DNA from: a virus
Taxonomy: Duplodnaviria; Caudoviricetes
Reading direction: 5' to 3' (one strand)
Virus record (IMG/VR): IMGVR_UViG_3300033463_000004
Location: 1 to 64,000 of that record
Length of the DNA stretch: 64,000 nucleotides
The notes below the pieces were generated by a model. The model was not told the DNA's origin and ran no database searches. It saw only the letters and a program-made list of their open reading frames with translations. The translations under genes were made by a program, and so were the position numbers. Positions 1 to 9,229 of the stretch are shown one piece after another (the first letter of the stretch is position 1; each line of letters begins with the position of its first letter).

Positions 1-664
1 TGACAAACGGAATATGATTGCATTATTGCGTTATGTGTTGCAGACAGAATTTACAGACGTTAATATTTATTCATATGAAAACAAACGACTTCGTCTGAAT
101 GAAGTCATCTCAACAATTGTAACTGCTGAAGTATCTGAAAAACTGAAGAAGATGTTTAAGTTTGGATTACTTCTGAAGATGACAGATATGCAACCAGCAG
201 TAAAATTCCGTCCAGAATTGATTTTGAAAAATATCTATAAGCTTGGTACAGTACATGTTACTGACTTTGCAAATGATTTGGATTATCCTCAGCATTTACG
301 CTGGACGAAGAAAGGTCCGAATTCGTTGGGGCGTCTTGATAATCATAAGATTAATTTCGTTCATAGACAACTTCATCCATCTATGATTGGACTTGTTGAT
401 CTTTTGGATTATTCTAAGGATGTTGGGCAATCTGGTATGATTTCACCTTGGGCAGATATTTCGACAATATCAGATGTCAATATCAATAAATATCCGAATG
501 TGAAATATGACTTATTCAGATTTATCCAAGATCATTTCCCGAATCCTGCGATTCGTTTCAACTGTAACAGCATTGAAGAATACAATAAGCTGTTAGATAA
601 ACTCGTTCTGAGTACATATATGAATATCAAGTATCATGTACCAGAAGGGGGCGAAAGTAAATAA
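1..664 (+). CDS. Phage multisubunit RNA polymerase beta N-terminal subunit (5'-truncated by window)
   Basis: [24 protein letters not shown] resembles RpoB [31 protein letters not shown] resembles RpoB NRRIR; frame is open to the window edge. Confidence 0.8.
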   Translation, partial: [220 protein letters not shown]

Positions 665-1212
665 TGCAAAGAATCAATTATAAATTATTTAGAGGATCAC
701 TTGATAAACGTCTGAATGTATTGTATGTTTATACATTTGAATCTGAAGGTGATTTCCGAACAATTTATCAGCGAGAAGGAAGTACATCAACAACAGTGTC
801 ACCATCATATGCTATATCGGTGACACATGGTTATGGTGAAGATAGTATCTATATCACATCATCACAATATTTCTCATTTATATCAATGCTTGAGAAATGC
901 GTTAAACTAATATCAGATAATTTATATGAACTATTTCCAAATGTTGGTCGTTCTGAATTCGAAATCAATGCAAAAGCGTTGGAACGTTTTCAAACAGAAA
1001 AAGCAATGGCATCTGATGGAATTACAATGGTTCCGTCTGTATTTGTTGACGAAACGAATCAATGTTTTCCTGGGATTCAAATTAGTACATTAAAACTCGG
1101 ATCAATTCGTATACCATTACAAGATGCAATTCCAATGAGTAAAATGTTTTCAACATTTGATCCTCACCTGATGTCATTATCAATGTTAAGAATTCTTGGA
1201 AAGATCGAATAA
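664..1212 (+). CDS. Hypothetical protein
   Basis: 182-aa ORF coupled to the upstream stop (TAATG); followed by a terminator. Confidence 0.75.
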   Translation: MQRINYKLFRGSLDKRLNVLYVYTFESEGDFRTIYQREGSTSTTVSPSYAISVTHGYGEDSIYITSSQYFSFISMLEKCVKLISDNLYELFPNVGRSEFEINAKALERFQTEKAMASDGITMVPSVFVDETNQCFPGIQISTLKLGSIRIPLQDAIPMSKMFSTFDPHLMSLSMLRILGKIE

Positions 1213-1240
1213 AGAGTGGGGCATTGCCCCACTCTTTTTT
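1211..1240. terminator. Bidirectional intrinsic terminator
   Basis: aaagagtggggc-att-gccccactcttt plus T run, between convergent genes. Confidence 0.85.
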
Positions 1241-2995
1241 TTATTGTATTCTGCTTGTATTTAAGAAACGATTTGCCCAAGAATAAAAGTCGGATTTCAA
1301 TGCAGAACCAAGATTGTATGACAAATTCTTTCCATCTGATGCTGCAAGAATCGCTTTCGTAATTATTCGCATTGAACCATTCATACGATATTTATCAACT
1401 GCACAACACTGTGCAATGTAATCAAACATCGTATGATTATTCAACATAACAGACAACTTATCCATCGGAGATGTCATTAGTGTATGTTGTAAATCAGTCA
1501 CATTAATTGTCATGTCAACGGATGTAGGATATCCGTAAACAGATACATCAGTACCATCTGGATTCTTCGTTATTGACAAACTTGTTACCATGCCAAGTCT
1601 TGTTCCAAATATACCTGGAATATTACATTGCACAAGCGGTGGATAACTATACGATGCTGCAGAATTCTTTGACATCTGCGGTAGTACTAAACCTAATGCA
1701 AAGAACATTGGTACAAGTATTTCCGTCAAATAAGAATAAGCATCTCCGCCAGATGCACGAAGTTTTACTGTCATCGATATTTCAGAACCATTCGAAGTGT
1801 GCTGTTGGAAAATCAGTGGATAAATGTTATGATCGCCTTTGAATGAACGGAACATGGATGATGCCAATGATGCTGTGAATCGTCCAGCACCGCCAAGATT
1901 AGACATGATCGATTCTGCTGCGCTAACGACATCGTCAGTCAATTTCAAAATGGCGTCATCAAGTCCAGTTGCTGTTGATGATGTAATGAACGCGATTTCA
2001 TTACCGTATTCACTACCCATATTCAAAACAGATGAATATATTTTGGATTCACCAACAGAATTCTGATATGATTCCGAAATACCCTTTGGATCAATCATAA
2101 ATGATACATATTGTGATGTATCACCATTCTGTGAGTCAAGCTGTTGTACTTGACCTACACCGGATGTTGGTGTGATGTAACGATAATTTGCCCAGACATC
2201 ATTCGAGCCATCTGATTCAATCTTTGTTGTTGGTGCAATTGGATACATAATATCTCCAATTCGAACTGTGGCATCTTGTAATCCAAGCATAACAATTGCA
2301 GAATTAATCATCATTTTAACATTATTGATGTATGAAGACCAGTCACTATCAAATGTGTAGAATGGTTGTTGTACTGCCATTGATGTTAAGAACGGTGCTG
2401 CCAATTTTCCACCGAACCATGTACCGACGCTATCATTCAATAAATCGCGAATTGTAGTTAAATCGGAAGAAACATCCAAATCTTCATCGACATCTGATAA
2501 TAAACCCAATTCTTTTGCTTTGATTGTTGTATACGTATCTGTACCTTTACTTGATGAATCTTCTTCTTCTTTTTTGTTTGAAGTTGCTGACTGATATGTC
2601 TCATATTCATCAGCTTTTGCGATTAAATCCGTATATGATGTTTCTTCGATATTACCAACTGATGTTCCGCCATATTTTGATAATGCATGCATATATTGCG
2701 CAGCAACCGTTACTGCTTGACGAACAGACGACATACCACCTGTAAAACGAGCACGACCAACAACAAAGTTTGCAACTTGTGCATCACGTAATACATGATT
2801 CAAATAAAAATCACCTACAGGTCCTTCATGAGAACCATCATAAGAACTCATTGAACGGATGTCGTTTAAACTTGTTAACTGTGGAGGAGAACCAAATAAT
2901 CTCGGAGAATAACAATAAAGCATCGCCGCTGCTTGTTGTGGATTCGGTGTTTCACTTTGCGTTGACGCAGAAACGCCTGGAATCAGAAATCCCAT
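1241..2995 (-). CDS. Probable virion structural (baseplate/tail) protein
   Basis: AAAGGAGG SD before MGFLIPG (2995); S/T/G-rich; C-terminal PPLVQCNIPG..GMVTSLSITK..VDMTINVTDL pattern resembles jumbo-phage tube-fold baseplate proteins. Confidence 0.55.
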   Translation of the reverse strand: MGFLIPGVSASTQSETPNPQQAAAMLYCYSPRLFGSPPQLTSLNDIRSMSSYDGSHEGPVGDFYLNHVLRDAQVANFVVGRARFTGGMSSVRQAVTVAAQYMHALSKYGGTSVGNIEETSYTDLIAKADEYETYQSATSNKKEEEDSSSKGTDTYTTIKAKELGLLSDVDEDLDVSSDLTTIRDLLNDSVGTWFGGKLAAPFLTSMAVQQPFYTFDSDWSSYINNVKMMINSAIVMLGLQDATVRIGDIMYPIAPTTKIESDGSNDVWANYRYITPTSGVGQVQQLDSQNGDTSQYVSFMIDPKGISESYQNSVGESKIYSSVLNMGSEYGNEIAFITSSTATGLDDAILKLTDDVVSAAESIMSNLGGAGRFTASLASSMFRSFKGDHNIYPLIFQQHTSNGSEISMTVKLRASGGDAYSYLTEILVPMFFALGLVLPQMSKNSAASYSYPPLVQCNIPGIFGTRLGMVTSLSITKNPDGTDVSVYGYPTSVDMTINVTDLQHTLMTSPMDKLSVMLNNHTMFDYIAQCCAVDKYRMNGSMRIITKAILAASDGKNLSYNLGSALKSDFYSWANRFLNTSRIQ

Positions 2996-3071
2996 GACGA
3001 TACCTCCTTTATTATAGATATTAATTTTGGGTCTACAAAATAAAAACTTATTCATTAGGAGCGTGAATGAT

Positions 3072-3911
3072 ATGAAATTTATTAAACTTGGAAAGATTAT
3101 TGCTGGAGAAGAAATAAAAAAATTTGCAAATTTGTTGCTTGAAAAACATATTCAAAATGATAAATTATTTGAATCACTTTATTTTCCATTGACTATTCGT
3201 CCAGACTCAATGGTCCAGATGTTTTACAGAACATTTTGGACCGATACATATCTTCGTCGTGGTGAGCATACATACCCAGATATTGTCGATATTCATGAAC
3301 ATGATGATTTGTTTAATGAGCTTCCGCCAGAAGATGAAAGTGTCGTATACATGTCAATTTCAGAATGCATCAATTATATTCATATGGCAACACCATCGAC
3401 TTTGCAAGACAAGATTCCAGAAAACATAAACTCGATTGAAAGTATATGGAAGTTGATGCATTTCTTTTTATTTGAGGAAGATAATCCTCAAAGAAAGATG
3501 TATAATATATCGACTTTCTATAGTGTATTTCATATGGAAATATTCGATACAAACTACAAACCTGATTTCAAGAAATTTGCAATGCTTCGCAAAATGATTC
3601 AGACATATGATATTGAAAACTATGGGACGATGCTTGGTATTGTTGATACATCAACACGTTCGATATCAGACATCATGGAAAAAGTACCAGATCAACGAGG
3701 TATGATGTATGGACGTATTCAGATGTCATTTCATGTTGACACAGAAGAAGATTTTCAAATATTATATGATTTTCTAAGATCCAACTTTTTTACGATTAAC
3801 GGTTTACACTGTGAAGATATCGGTTTGTTTGTATCGGCATCAACAGATACGATACAATATGATGTTGCAACATATATTACATCAATTTATTCTCAATTAA
3901 TGAAAAAATAA
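3072..3911 (+). CDS. Hypothetical protein
   Basis: AGGAG SD upstream of MKFIKLG; ends at a terminator. Confidence 0.7.
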   Translation: MKFIKLGKIIAGEEIKKFANLLLEKHIQNDKLFESLYFPLTIRPDSMVQMFYRTFWTDTYLRRGEHTYPDIVDIHEHDDLFNELPPEDESVVYMSISECINYIHMATPSTLQDKIPENINSIESIWKLMHFFLFEEDNPQRKMYNISTFYSVFHMEIFDTNYKPDFKKFAMLRKMIQTYDIENYGTMLGIVDTSTRSISDIMEKVPDQRGMMYGRIQMSFHVDTEEDFQILYDFLRSNFFTINGLHCEDIGLFVSASTDTIQYDVATYITSIYSQLMKK

Positions 3912-3913
3912 AA

Positions 3914-3936
3914 TATGGGGGCTTCATGCCCCCATA
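3914..3936 (+). terminator. Intrinsic terminator
   Basis: tatgggggc-ttcat-gcccccata followed by a T-rich tract. Confidence 0.8.
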
Positions 3937-3957
3937 GAAATTTTTTTATTTTTAAAC

Positions 3958-3969
3958 ACATATATACTT
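3958..3969 (+). promoter_or_regulatory. Early-type phage promoter motif (A[CG]ATATATnnTT), representative copy
   Basis: Recurs at operon starts: 10968, 12571, 16427, 24862, 26898, 36701, 45323, 53665, 55738, 61307 (+) and ~21870, 24827 (-); resembles phiKZ/AR9 early TATATT-type motifs. Confidence 0.65.
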
Positions 3970-3973
3970 TATC

Positions 3974-4140
3974 TGGAATCCGGAGGAAGTATACTTTAGA
4001 TATACAAGTCCACCGCATAAATTTTAAAGATTATATGTAAGAGCCAATAAGCTGTAGATTGGTCGTGTCTCTATGAGTATATGTTTAGTAGCGATAAACA
4101 TCCGACTCATGTAGCGTTTATATAATCTTGAAAGATTCCA
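3974..4140 (+). ncRNA. Multi-branched structured leader RNA / ncRNA candidate
   Basis: Nested stems: 3974-3980/4134-4140, 3981-3993/4001-4015, 4027-4036/4120-4129, 4043-4048/4058-4063, 4073-4078/4105-4110, 4081-4087/4095-4101. Confidence 0.6.
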
Positions 4141-4181
4141 AATGTATCAAATTAATATTAAAAAGAAAGGATGAATAATCT

Positions 4182-5849
4182 ATGCTTGATCCTTCGTTGA
4201 TCATTACGGGGATTGCAGGGATCTGTGTTGCCATCAGTACTATCATTGATAGATTATCTGGTAATACAAATATGGGTTACTATTATACATACCCTTATAC
4301 GTATCCCACATATCAGTATTATCCCCAACAGCAAATGATACAACAACCAATGCAGCAATGCACATATGACTTTTCACGTCGTGCAATTGGCATGCCTGTT
4401 GCTCAGATGTATCAGCCGCAGATGATGCAGCCGATAATGATTCCAATGCAACAACCGGTTCAGTATCAATCAACTTATCCGTGGGCGAGTAATAATCAGG
4501 TTATGAATTACCCGCCGCAATATGTACAAAATTACCCTAATTATCCAATGCAACAGCAAATGGGCGGTTGCTATGTATATCCGAAAGTGTATGATTATGA
4601 TTTCGACAAAAGAAATCGAATGATCACACAGCAGCAACAAATGAATACGATGATGATGGGTAATGGATATAATGGGATGACTGCTGACGCAATGTATGAG
4701 AATGCTATGCGTGAGAACGTGAAACGTGCTTGGCAGAATTGGGATACGAGAAGATATTCCATGCCAATCAATCCTCCTGTTATGCCACAACAAATGATGA
4801 ATGTTCCACAGCCTCAAATGCAACAGCCGATGATGAATCAACCAATGATGAATCAGCCGATGCAACAGCCCCCTGCATGGGCACATAATATGGCTGTAAA
4901 CACAAATCATTATCCTGATATGAGCAGGCGTGATATGGGCCAGCCTGATCAGTATCCTTGGTCGTCTAATAATATGAATAATTATCAGACAAGCGGTTGG
5001 AAACCGTATGACCAATTGAGAGAATGGCAGGCTAAAGAGATGAGAAATGCGCTGACTGATAATGGTGCATTCTATCATACCAATCCGAATGGTGGATTTA
5101 ACCCGTACATGGTTCATCAATCACAAACGCCGTGCACAGATCCAAACTTTCCGGCACTGACAGCTTTAAGTAATACGGGAACTCCGCCAGAACTGAGATT
5201 TGCAAACCCACCAACTGAGTCTGCTTTGGTGGAACATGCAAGACGGCATACAGATCCGTTAGGGCGTTTTTTTAAGGAAGCTCCGGAATCTTTTAACAGT
5301 GGCGAATCAACGAAAACAAATGACGTGATAATCGATGATACAGACTATAGTCATGTTACATTCGATATGCTTCTTCGCAATCAGGCATTGACACATCCGA
5401 AATTGTCTAAAGAGGAATTTGAACGGGTGAAAAAGGAAGTTGAAAATCCTCGTCCATTTGCACCTGGTGAAGCACCTACAATTCACATAGGTGGTCCTCA
5501 GCCTGTTATACCGTTGACACCTGAAGAAGAAAGAGATAAGTATGAGCGAGAATATAAACGGCCACAGATTACGGAGTGGGTTGTTCATCCGGAAAATGAT
5601 CCGGATCCAGAAGTTAGAAAAGACTGGTATAGAAGACATGACAAGTATATCATGAGTTTAGCAGAAACTTCTGCCGAACCTTTAGACGTAAGCGGAGTTT
5701 GGTCAGATGATGACCCAACTGATAATGTATCGACACCAATCGAAACAGACAATTCAATTCAAAACAATTCAGTTCAGACAGAAACAACAGAAGAAGCAGT
5801 TGAATATACACGTGAAACGTGTCCGTATAAAATAACTGCAGATCCATAA
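4182..5849 (+). CDS. Gln/Pro/Met/Tyr-rich low-complexity protein with N-terminal hydrophobic segment
   Basis: N-terminal LIITGIAGICVAISTII; about 250 aa of Q/P/M/Y/N; repeated SRR/TRR and YPW motifs; acidic C-terminus. Confidence 0.8.
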   Translation: MLDPSLIITGIAGICVAISTIIDRLSGNTNMGYYYTYPYTYPTYQYYPQQQMIQQPMQQCTYDFSRRAIGMPVAQMYQPQMMQPIMIPMQQPVQYQSTYPWASNNQVMNYPPQYVQNYPNYPMQQQMGGCYVYPKVYDYDFDKRNRMITQQQQMNTMMMGNGYNGMTADAMYENAMRENVKRAWQNWDTRRYSMPINPPVMPQQMMNVPQPQMQQPMMNQPMMNQPMQQPPAWAHNMAVNTNHYPDMSRRDMGQPDQYPWSSNNMNNYQTSGWKPYDQLREWQAKEMRNALTDNGAFYHTNPNGGFNPYMVHQSQTPCTDPNFPALTALSNTGTPPELRFANPPTESALVEHARRHTDPLGRFFKEAPESFNSGESTKTNDVIIDDTDYSHVTFDMLLRNQALTHPKLSKEEFERVKKEVENPRPFAPGEAPTIHIGGPQPVIPLTPEEERDKYEREYKRPQITEWVVHPENDPDPEVRKDWYRRHDKYIMSLAETSAEPLDVSGVWSDDDPTDNVSTPIETDNSIQNNSVQTETTEEAVEYTRETCPYKITADP

Positions 5850-5937
5850 ACAATATAAAGAGTGACACAATCATTTACATCAATTTGAGTAGAGAGTCAG
5901 GCTCTATTCAAAAATACAGCAAAAGGAGGTTAGATCC

Positions 5938-6321
5938 ATGTCAAATCCTACTGTATCAGCAGTATTCGATGGAGTGAATTCTGTTTGTAATCAAGCAAAT
6001 TCGATCATCGATACAGGTCGAGCATTTGCAAATACTGCAATGTCTGCATTTGATTCTTTGTCAAATATCTCCAGAAGAGATTTCAATTATCAGATGCGAC
6101 CAATGACATATCAGCCGACGACATATCCGTGGGCATCACAGCAATATGGTTCGCCATATGGTCAGCAGCAAGGCATTACTGGTTATCCGGGTATCTCAAA
6201 TCCGAATTATGGAAGACCTGGATATTTCGGTAGCGGTTTCATCAATACCTCAGCATTCTCCCAACCGCAATCGCAATGGAATATTCCGTCATGGGTTGAA
6301 CAGTCTATTTGGGGGTCATAA
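5938..6321 (+). CDS. Small Gln/Tyr/Gly/Pro-rich protein (SRR/YPWA motif)
   Basis: AAGGAGG SD; NISRRDFNY...TYPWASQ. Confidence 0.8.
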   Translation: MSNPTVSAVFDGVNSVCNQANSIIDTGRAFANTAMSAFDSLSNISRRDFNYQMRPMTYQPTTYPWASQQYGSPYGQQQGITGYPGISNPNYGRPGYFGSGFINTSAFSQPQSQWNIPSWVEQSIWGS

Positions 6322-6324
6322 GAA

Positions 6325-6696
6325 ATGATATTCGATCAATTCTGTAAACAAATTGCTTCGAATGAATTGTTAACCGATCCGATCGTTTGTTCAGAAGATG
6401 ATGCCGATGATATTCTCAAGGAGCGCGCACAAGCTCTTTGTGGTATTATGCGTTTGAAAATGAATAAACTTGATCGGATCGAGATTCCATTCATTGAAGA
6501 AAAGCTCAAAGATCTGAATCGAGTTGAACAATTGCTCTCCGAATATAATCAAGGAGAAATTCCGGACTATCTGTTGATGACATTTTCAGAGAAACTCTAT
6601 GGTATTCCATTTAATGAGTTAAATATTGACCAACAATCTGTAATTAAAACGCTGAGTATATACATCTGCGTATCTATTCAGAGTTCTAATAAATAA
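6325..6696 (+). CDS. Hypothetical protein
   Basis: 123-aa ORF in operon. Confidence 0.7.
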   Translation: MIFDQFCKQIASNELLTDPIVCSEDDADDILKERAQALCGIMRLKMNKLDRIEIPFIEEKLKDLNRVEQLLSEYNQGEIPDYLLMTFSEKLYGIPFNELNIDQQSVIKTLSIYICVSIQSSNK

Positions 6697-6716
6697 TTTC
6701 AAGGAGGAATAATCCT

Positions 6717-7379
6717 ATGGCAACAAAGGGTAATCTCAAGACACTTCCCGTTGATCATCACATCGTAAGCTCTTCCGATATCGTCGAGTATCTTCAGAAT
6801 CAGTTGGGCTTCCGGTTTGACTGTGATTTCCAGCTTTGGGATAACAGAGCTGATTGGGAAAAGCCGATGACAACAAACAAATGTTATGTTGTCATGCGTG
6901 TCATCTTCCGTCCGGAAGACATCCGTATTGTTGAACCGATTCAGACTTATGTTGACAAAGTCATGGAAGAGAATGCGTCTGGCATTCGTTTCAAGGATGA
7001 TGTTGTCGAAGTTCTGAAACAGTTCATGTTCCCGAGTAACATTGCACTGGTTCGTCAGCAACCGGACACTCTGCAGCGTCTTGCTGAACAGGGTATCTAT
7101 GGTGATCGTCTGGAAAGACTGATTCGTCGTCCTGATATCTTCTATGATCAGGTAAACAAGCGTTTCGGTGTTTACCTGCGTCCGGAGCTGATCATCAAGG
7201 ATATGTGTAAAGATGCTGACACGGACAAGATTGATGGTGTGATGGCATTCGGTTACGTGTCTGATGCAGGAAATAATGCTGCTGCAATCACATGGGGTGT
7301 TAACGTATATCACAACATCCGTTCTGTAAGCTCCAGCGGTGTTTCCATCGACGCTGTGTTCAACAGCATTCGTGCGTAA
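6717..7379 (+). CDS. Hypothetical protein, probably highly expressed
   Basis: AAGGAGG SD; CGT/CTG/TTC/AAC/ATC codon bias like the sheath and tube genes; own terminator. Confidence 0.8.
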   Translation: MATKGNLKTLPVDHHIVSSSDIVEYLQNQLGFRFDCDFQLWDNRADWEKPMTTNKCYVVMRVIFRPEDIRIVEPIQTYVDKVMEENASGIRFKDDVVEVLKQFMFPSNIALVRQQPDTLQRLAEQGIYGDRLERLIRRPDIFYDQVNKRFGVYLRPELIIKDMCKDADTDKIDGVMAFGYVSDAGNNAAAITWGVNVYHNIRSVSSSGVSIDAVFNSIRA

Positions 7380-7410
7380 TTTGTTTGCGCAAACAAATTC
7401 ATATTATGGA

Positions 7411-7438
7411 AAAGCGGTGGGATTCGTCCCACCGCTTT
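7411..7438 (+). terminator. Intrinsic terminator
   Basis: aaagcggtggga-ttcg-tcccaccgcttt. Confidence 0.75.
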
Positions 7439-7465
7439 CATCCATATCATATGGAGGTGTTTTTT

Positions 7466-8527
7466 TTGTCTACTTTAGAAATTTCACAAATGATTGATTT
7501 AATGGAAGATCATTTTGCACCGTTATGGAATCGCAATCATGTATTAACAGTTGGCGGTGTCATTGGAACTTCAATATTCAAATATGCAATGGATGCATGT
7601 ATGAAATATTATGAATTAAATCAAATCCTTGTAATAGATGGATGTCAAGATTATATTGGTTTATTAAAGAAACCAATGCACAATTATATGTATTATATGG
7701 ATTTATTTGTATCCATTCGAATCCCATCTATTGAAGAACAAATGAATCCATATCATAAATTTCCGATGGAATTAAAATCCGGATACCGAATGGTGTTAGT
7801 TAATCAAAAACTTACAATGTATGAAGCAATCATTATTCAAAATGCGCATTTGATTCCGGAGAATTGTTTAAAATCAATTCATGAAAACTTTAATGGACAA
7901 ATCCTTCAAATTGTTGATCCTTTAGATTTCAATGGGATTGATTTTCATACAATACCAACATTATATGATTCTTTATCAAAACAATCTCCTATGACAGCAT
8001 TAGCACGATCAATGTTTGGGATTGATTCAAGATGTATTGATAGAAAAATCCATACTGAATTTAAGAAAATGAAAATGTCAAAACGTAGTATTGGTAAAAT
8101 CGATACAAATCAATATGTCACCAATTCTCAAGAGGTTTTGAATATAATTCAACGTAAACAAATACAATCTCAATTTCGAAAAAATCAAAAATTCATTGTT
8201 GGTTCTGAAGAGATTCGTTTATATAATGATCAGAATAGAGAACCAGTTACAGTTGGACCTGGTACGATGTTAACATTATCATCTGTAACAAAACCTTTGA
8301 TGCAGCTTCGTGTTCATTCATCACTGAAACATATTTATTCGACATTGTCATATAAATATACCGAGAAATCATTATATGTAAAACCTGCAAATATAATAAC
8401 CATTGATGATGCCGTATACCATAGATTTAATTCGTTGGTGGTCGTATTATCTGACGAACCTATGACGAATAGACTGTGGTATTCTCTCATGAAAATCGCG
8501 AATACTATAACAGTTGTAGACTTCTGA
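7466..8527 (+). CDS. Degenerate Dda/RecD-like SF1B helicase homologue (probably inactive)
   Basis: GGAGG SD then TTG; motif order preserved but altered: VLTVGGVIGTS, IIIQNAHLI, QIVDPLDF, ANIITIDDA..RFNSLVVV, LWYSLMKIA. Confidence 0.5.
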   Translation: MSTLEISQMIDLMEDHFAPLWNRNHVLTVGGVIGTSIFKYAMDACMKYYELNQILVIDGCQDYIGLLKKPMHNYMYYMDLFVSIRIPSIEEQMNPYHKFPMELKSGYRMVLVNQKLTMYEAIIIQNAHLIPENCLKSIHENFNGQILQIVDPLDFNGIDFHTIPTLYDSLSKQSPMTALARSMFGIDSRCIDRKIHTEFKKMKMSKRSIGKIDTNQYVTNSQEVLNIIQRKQIQSQFRKNQKFIVGSEEIRLYNDQNREPVTVGPGTMLTLSSVTKPLMQLRVHSSLKHIYSTLSYKYTEKSLYVKPANIITIDDAVYHRFNSLVVVLSDEPMTNRLWYSLMKIANTITVVDF

Positions 8528-8542
8528 TAGGGAGGTAGACAT

Positions 8543-9229
8543 ATGTTATTTTTTTCTAAACGAAAAGAAGCAAAGAGGAGAAAAGCACAACTTGAATCTG
8601 ATGTGAACGAATTCAAAACTATTGTCAAAAACATTATGACAGGAATATATAAATTTGATGAATGTATGCAAAGGATTATTGATGTCGGTGATGTATCTTT
8701 ACATACGGCTATGTTCATCACACGTTCAGCAGATGATTTATTTGTATTATTTCAATTATACCGTAACAATCGATTTTTTCATATTTCAAATAATAAAATA
8801 ATAAGTGAAAAGCTTGACACATTGAAAGAGATTGGAACTCGTATAAAAAATAATGCAGAAGATTTACAAATTATGATCGAAAATCATAAAATGACAATCA
8901 AAGGTTTGAAGGCGTGTGACAATGCAGATGTTGAAATCAGTGGTGATACAGTTGCAGAAGTACATGGAAAAATTCTTGAATTGACTTTAATGATTAATAA
9001 GAAAATGTTTGATATACGTACAGATCATGTCGTATTTCGATCTACATTGATTTCATTGAGAGGTATTGTATCACGTGATTATATACCAATCATAAGCGGT
9101 GTTGATATTCTATTATTATATGAAGATTATGAATCCGAAGTTAATCAGTATTTGACTAACGAGATTCTTTTTGATAAAGTAGAGATCGAAAAGATCTCTT
9201 CAAATAAAGGAGGAACTAAAGATGAATGA
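8543..9229 (+). CDS. Hypothetical helical protein
   Basis: GGAGG SD; 228 aa; overlaps the chaperonin start. Confidence 0.75.
   Translation: MLFFSKRKEAKRRKAQLESDVNEFKTIVKNIMTGIYKFDECMQRIIDVGDVSLHTAMFITRSADDLFVLFQLYRNNRFFHISNNKIISEKLDTLKEIGTRIKNNAEDLQIMIENHKMTIKGLKACDNADVEISGDTVAEVHGKILELTLMINKKMFDIRTDHVVFRSTLISLRGIVSRDYIPIISGVDILLLYEDYESEVNQYLTNEILFDKVEIEKISSNKGGTKDE

Noticed and set aside
4182-7379. Chimallin (ChmA) assignment
   Set aside because: No ORF with recognisable chimallin size and sequence; cannot be excluded without a structure search
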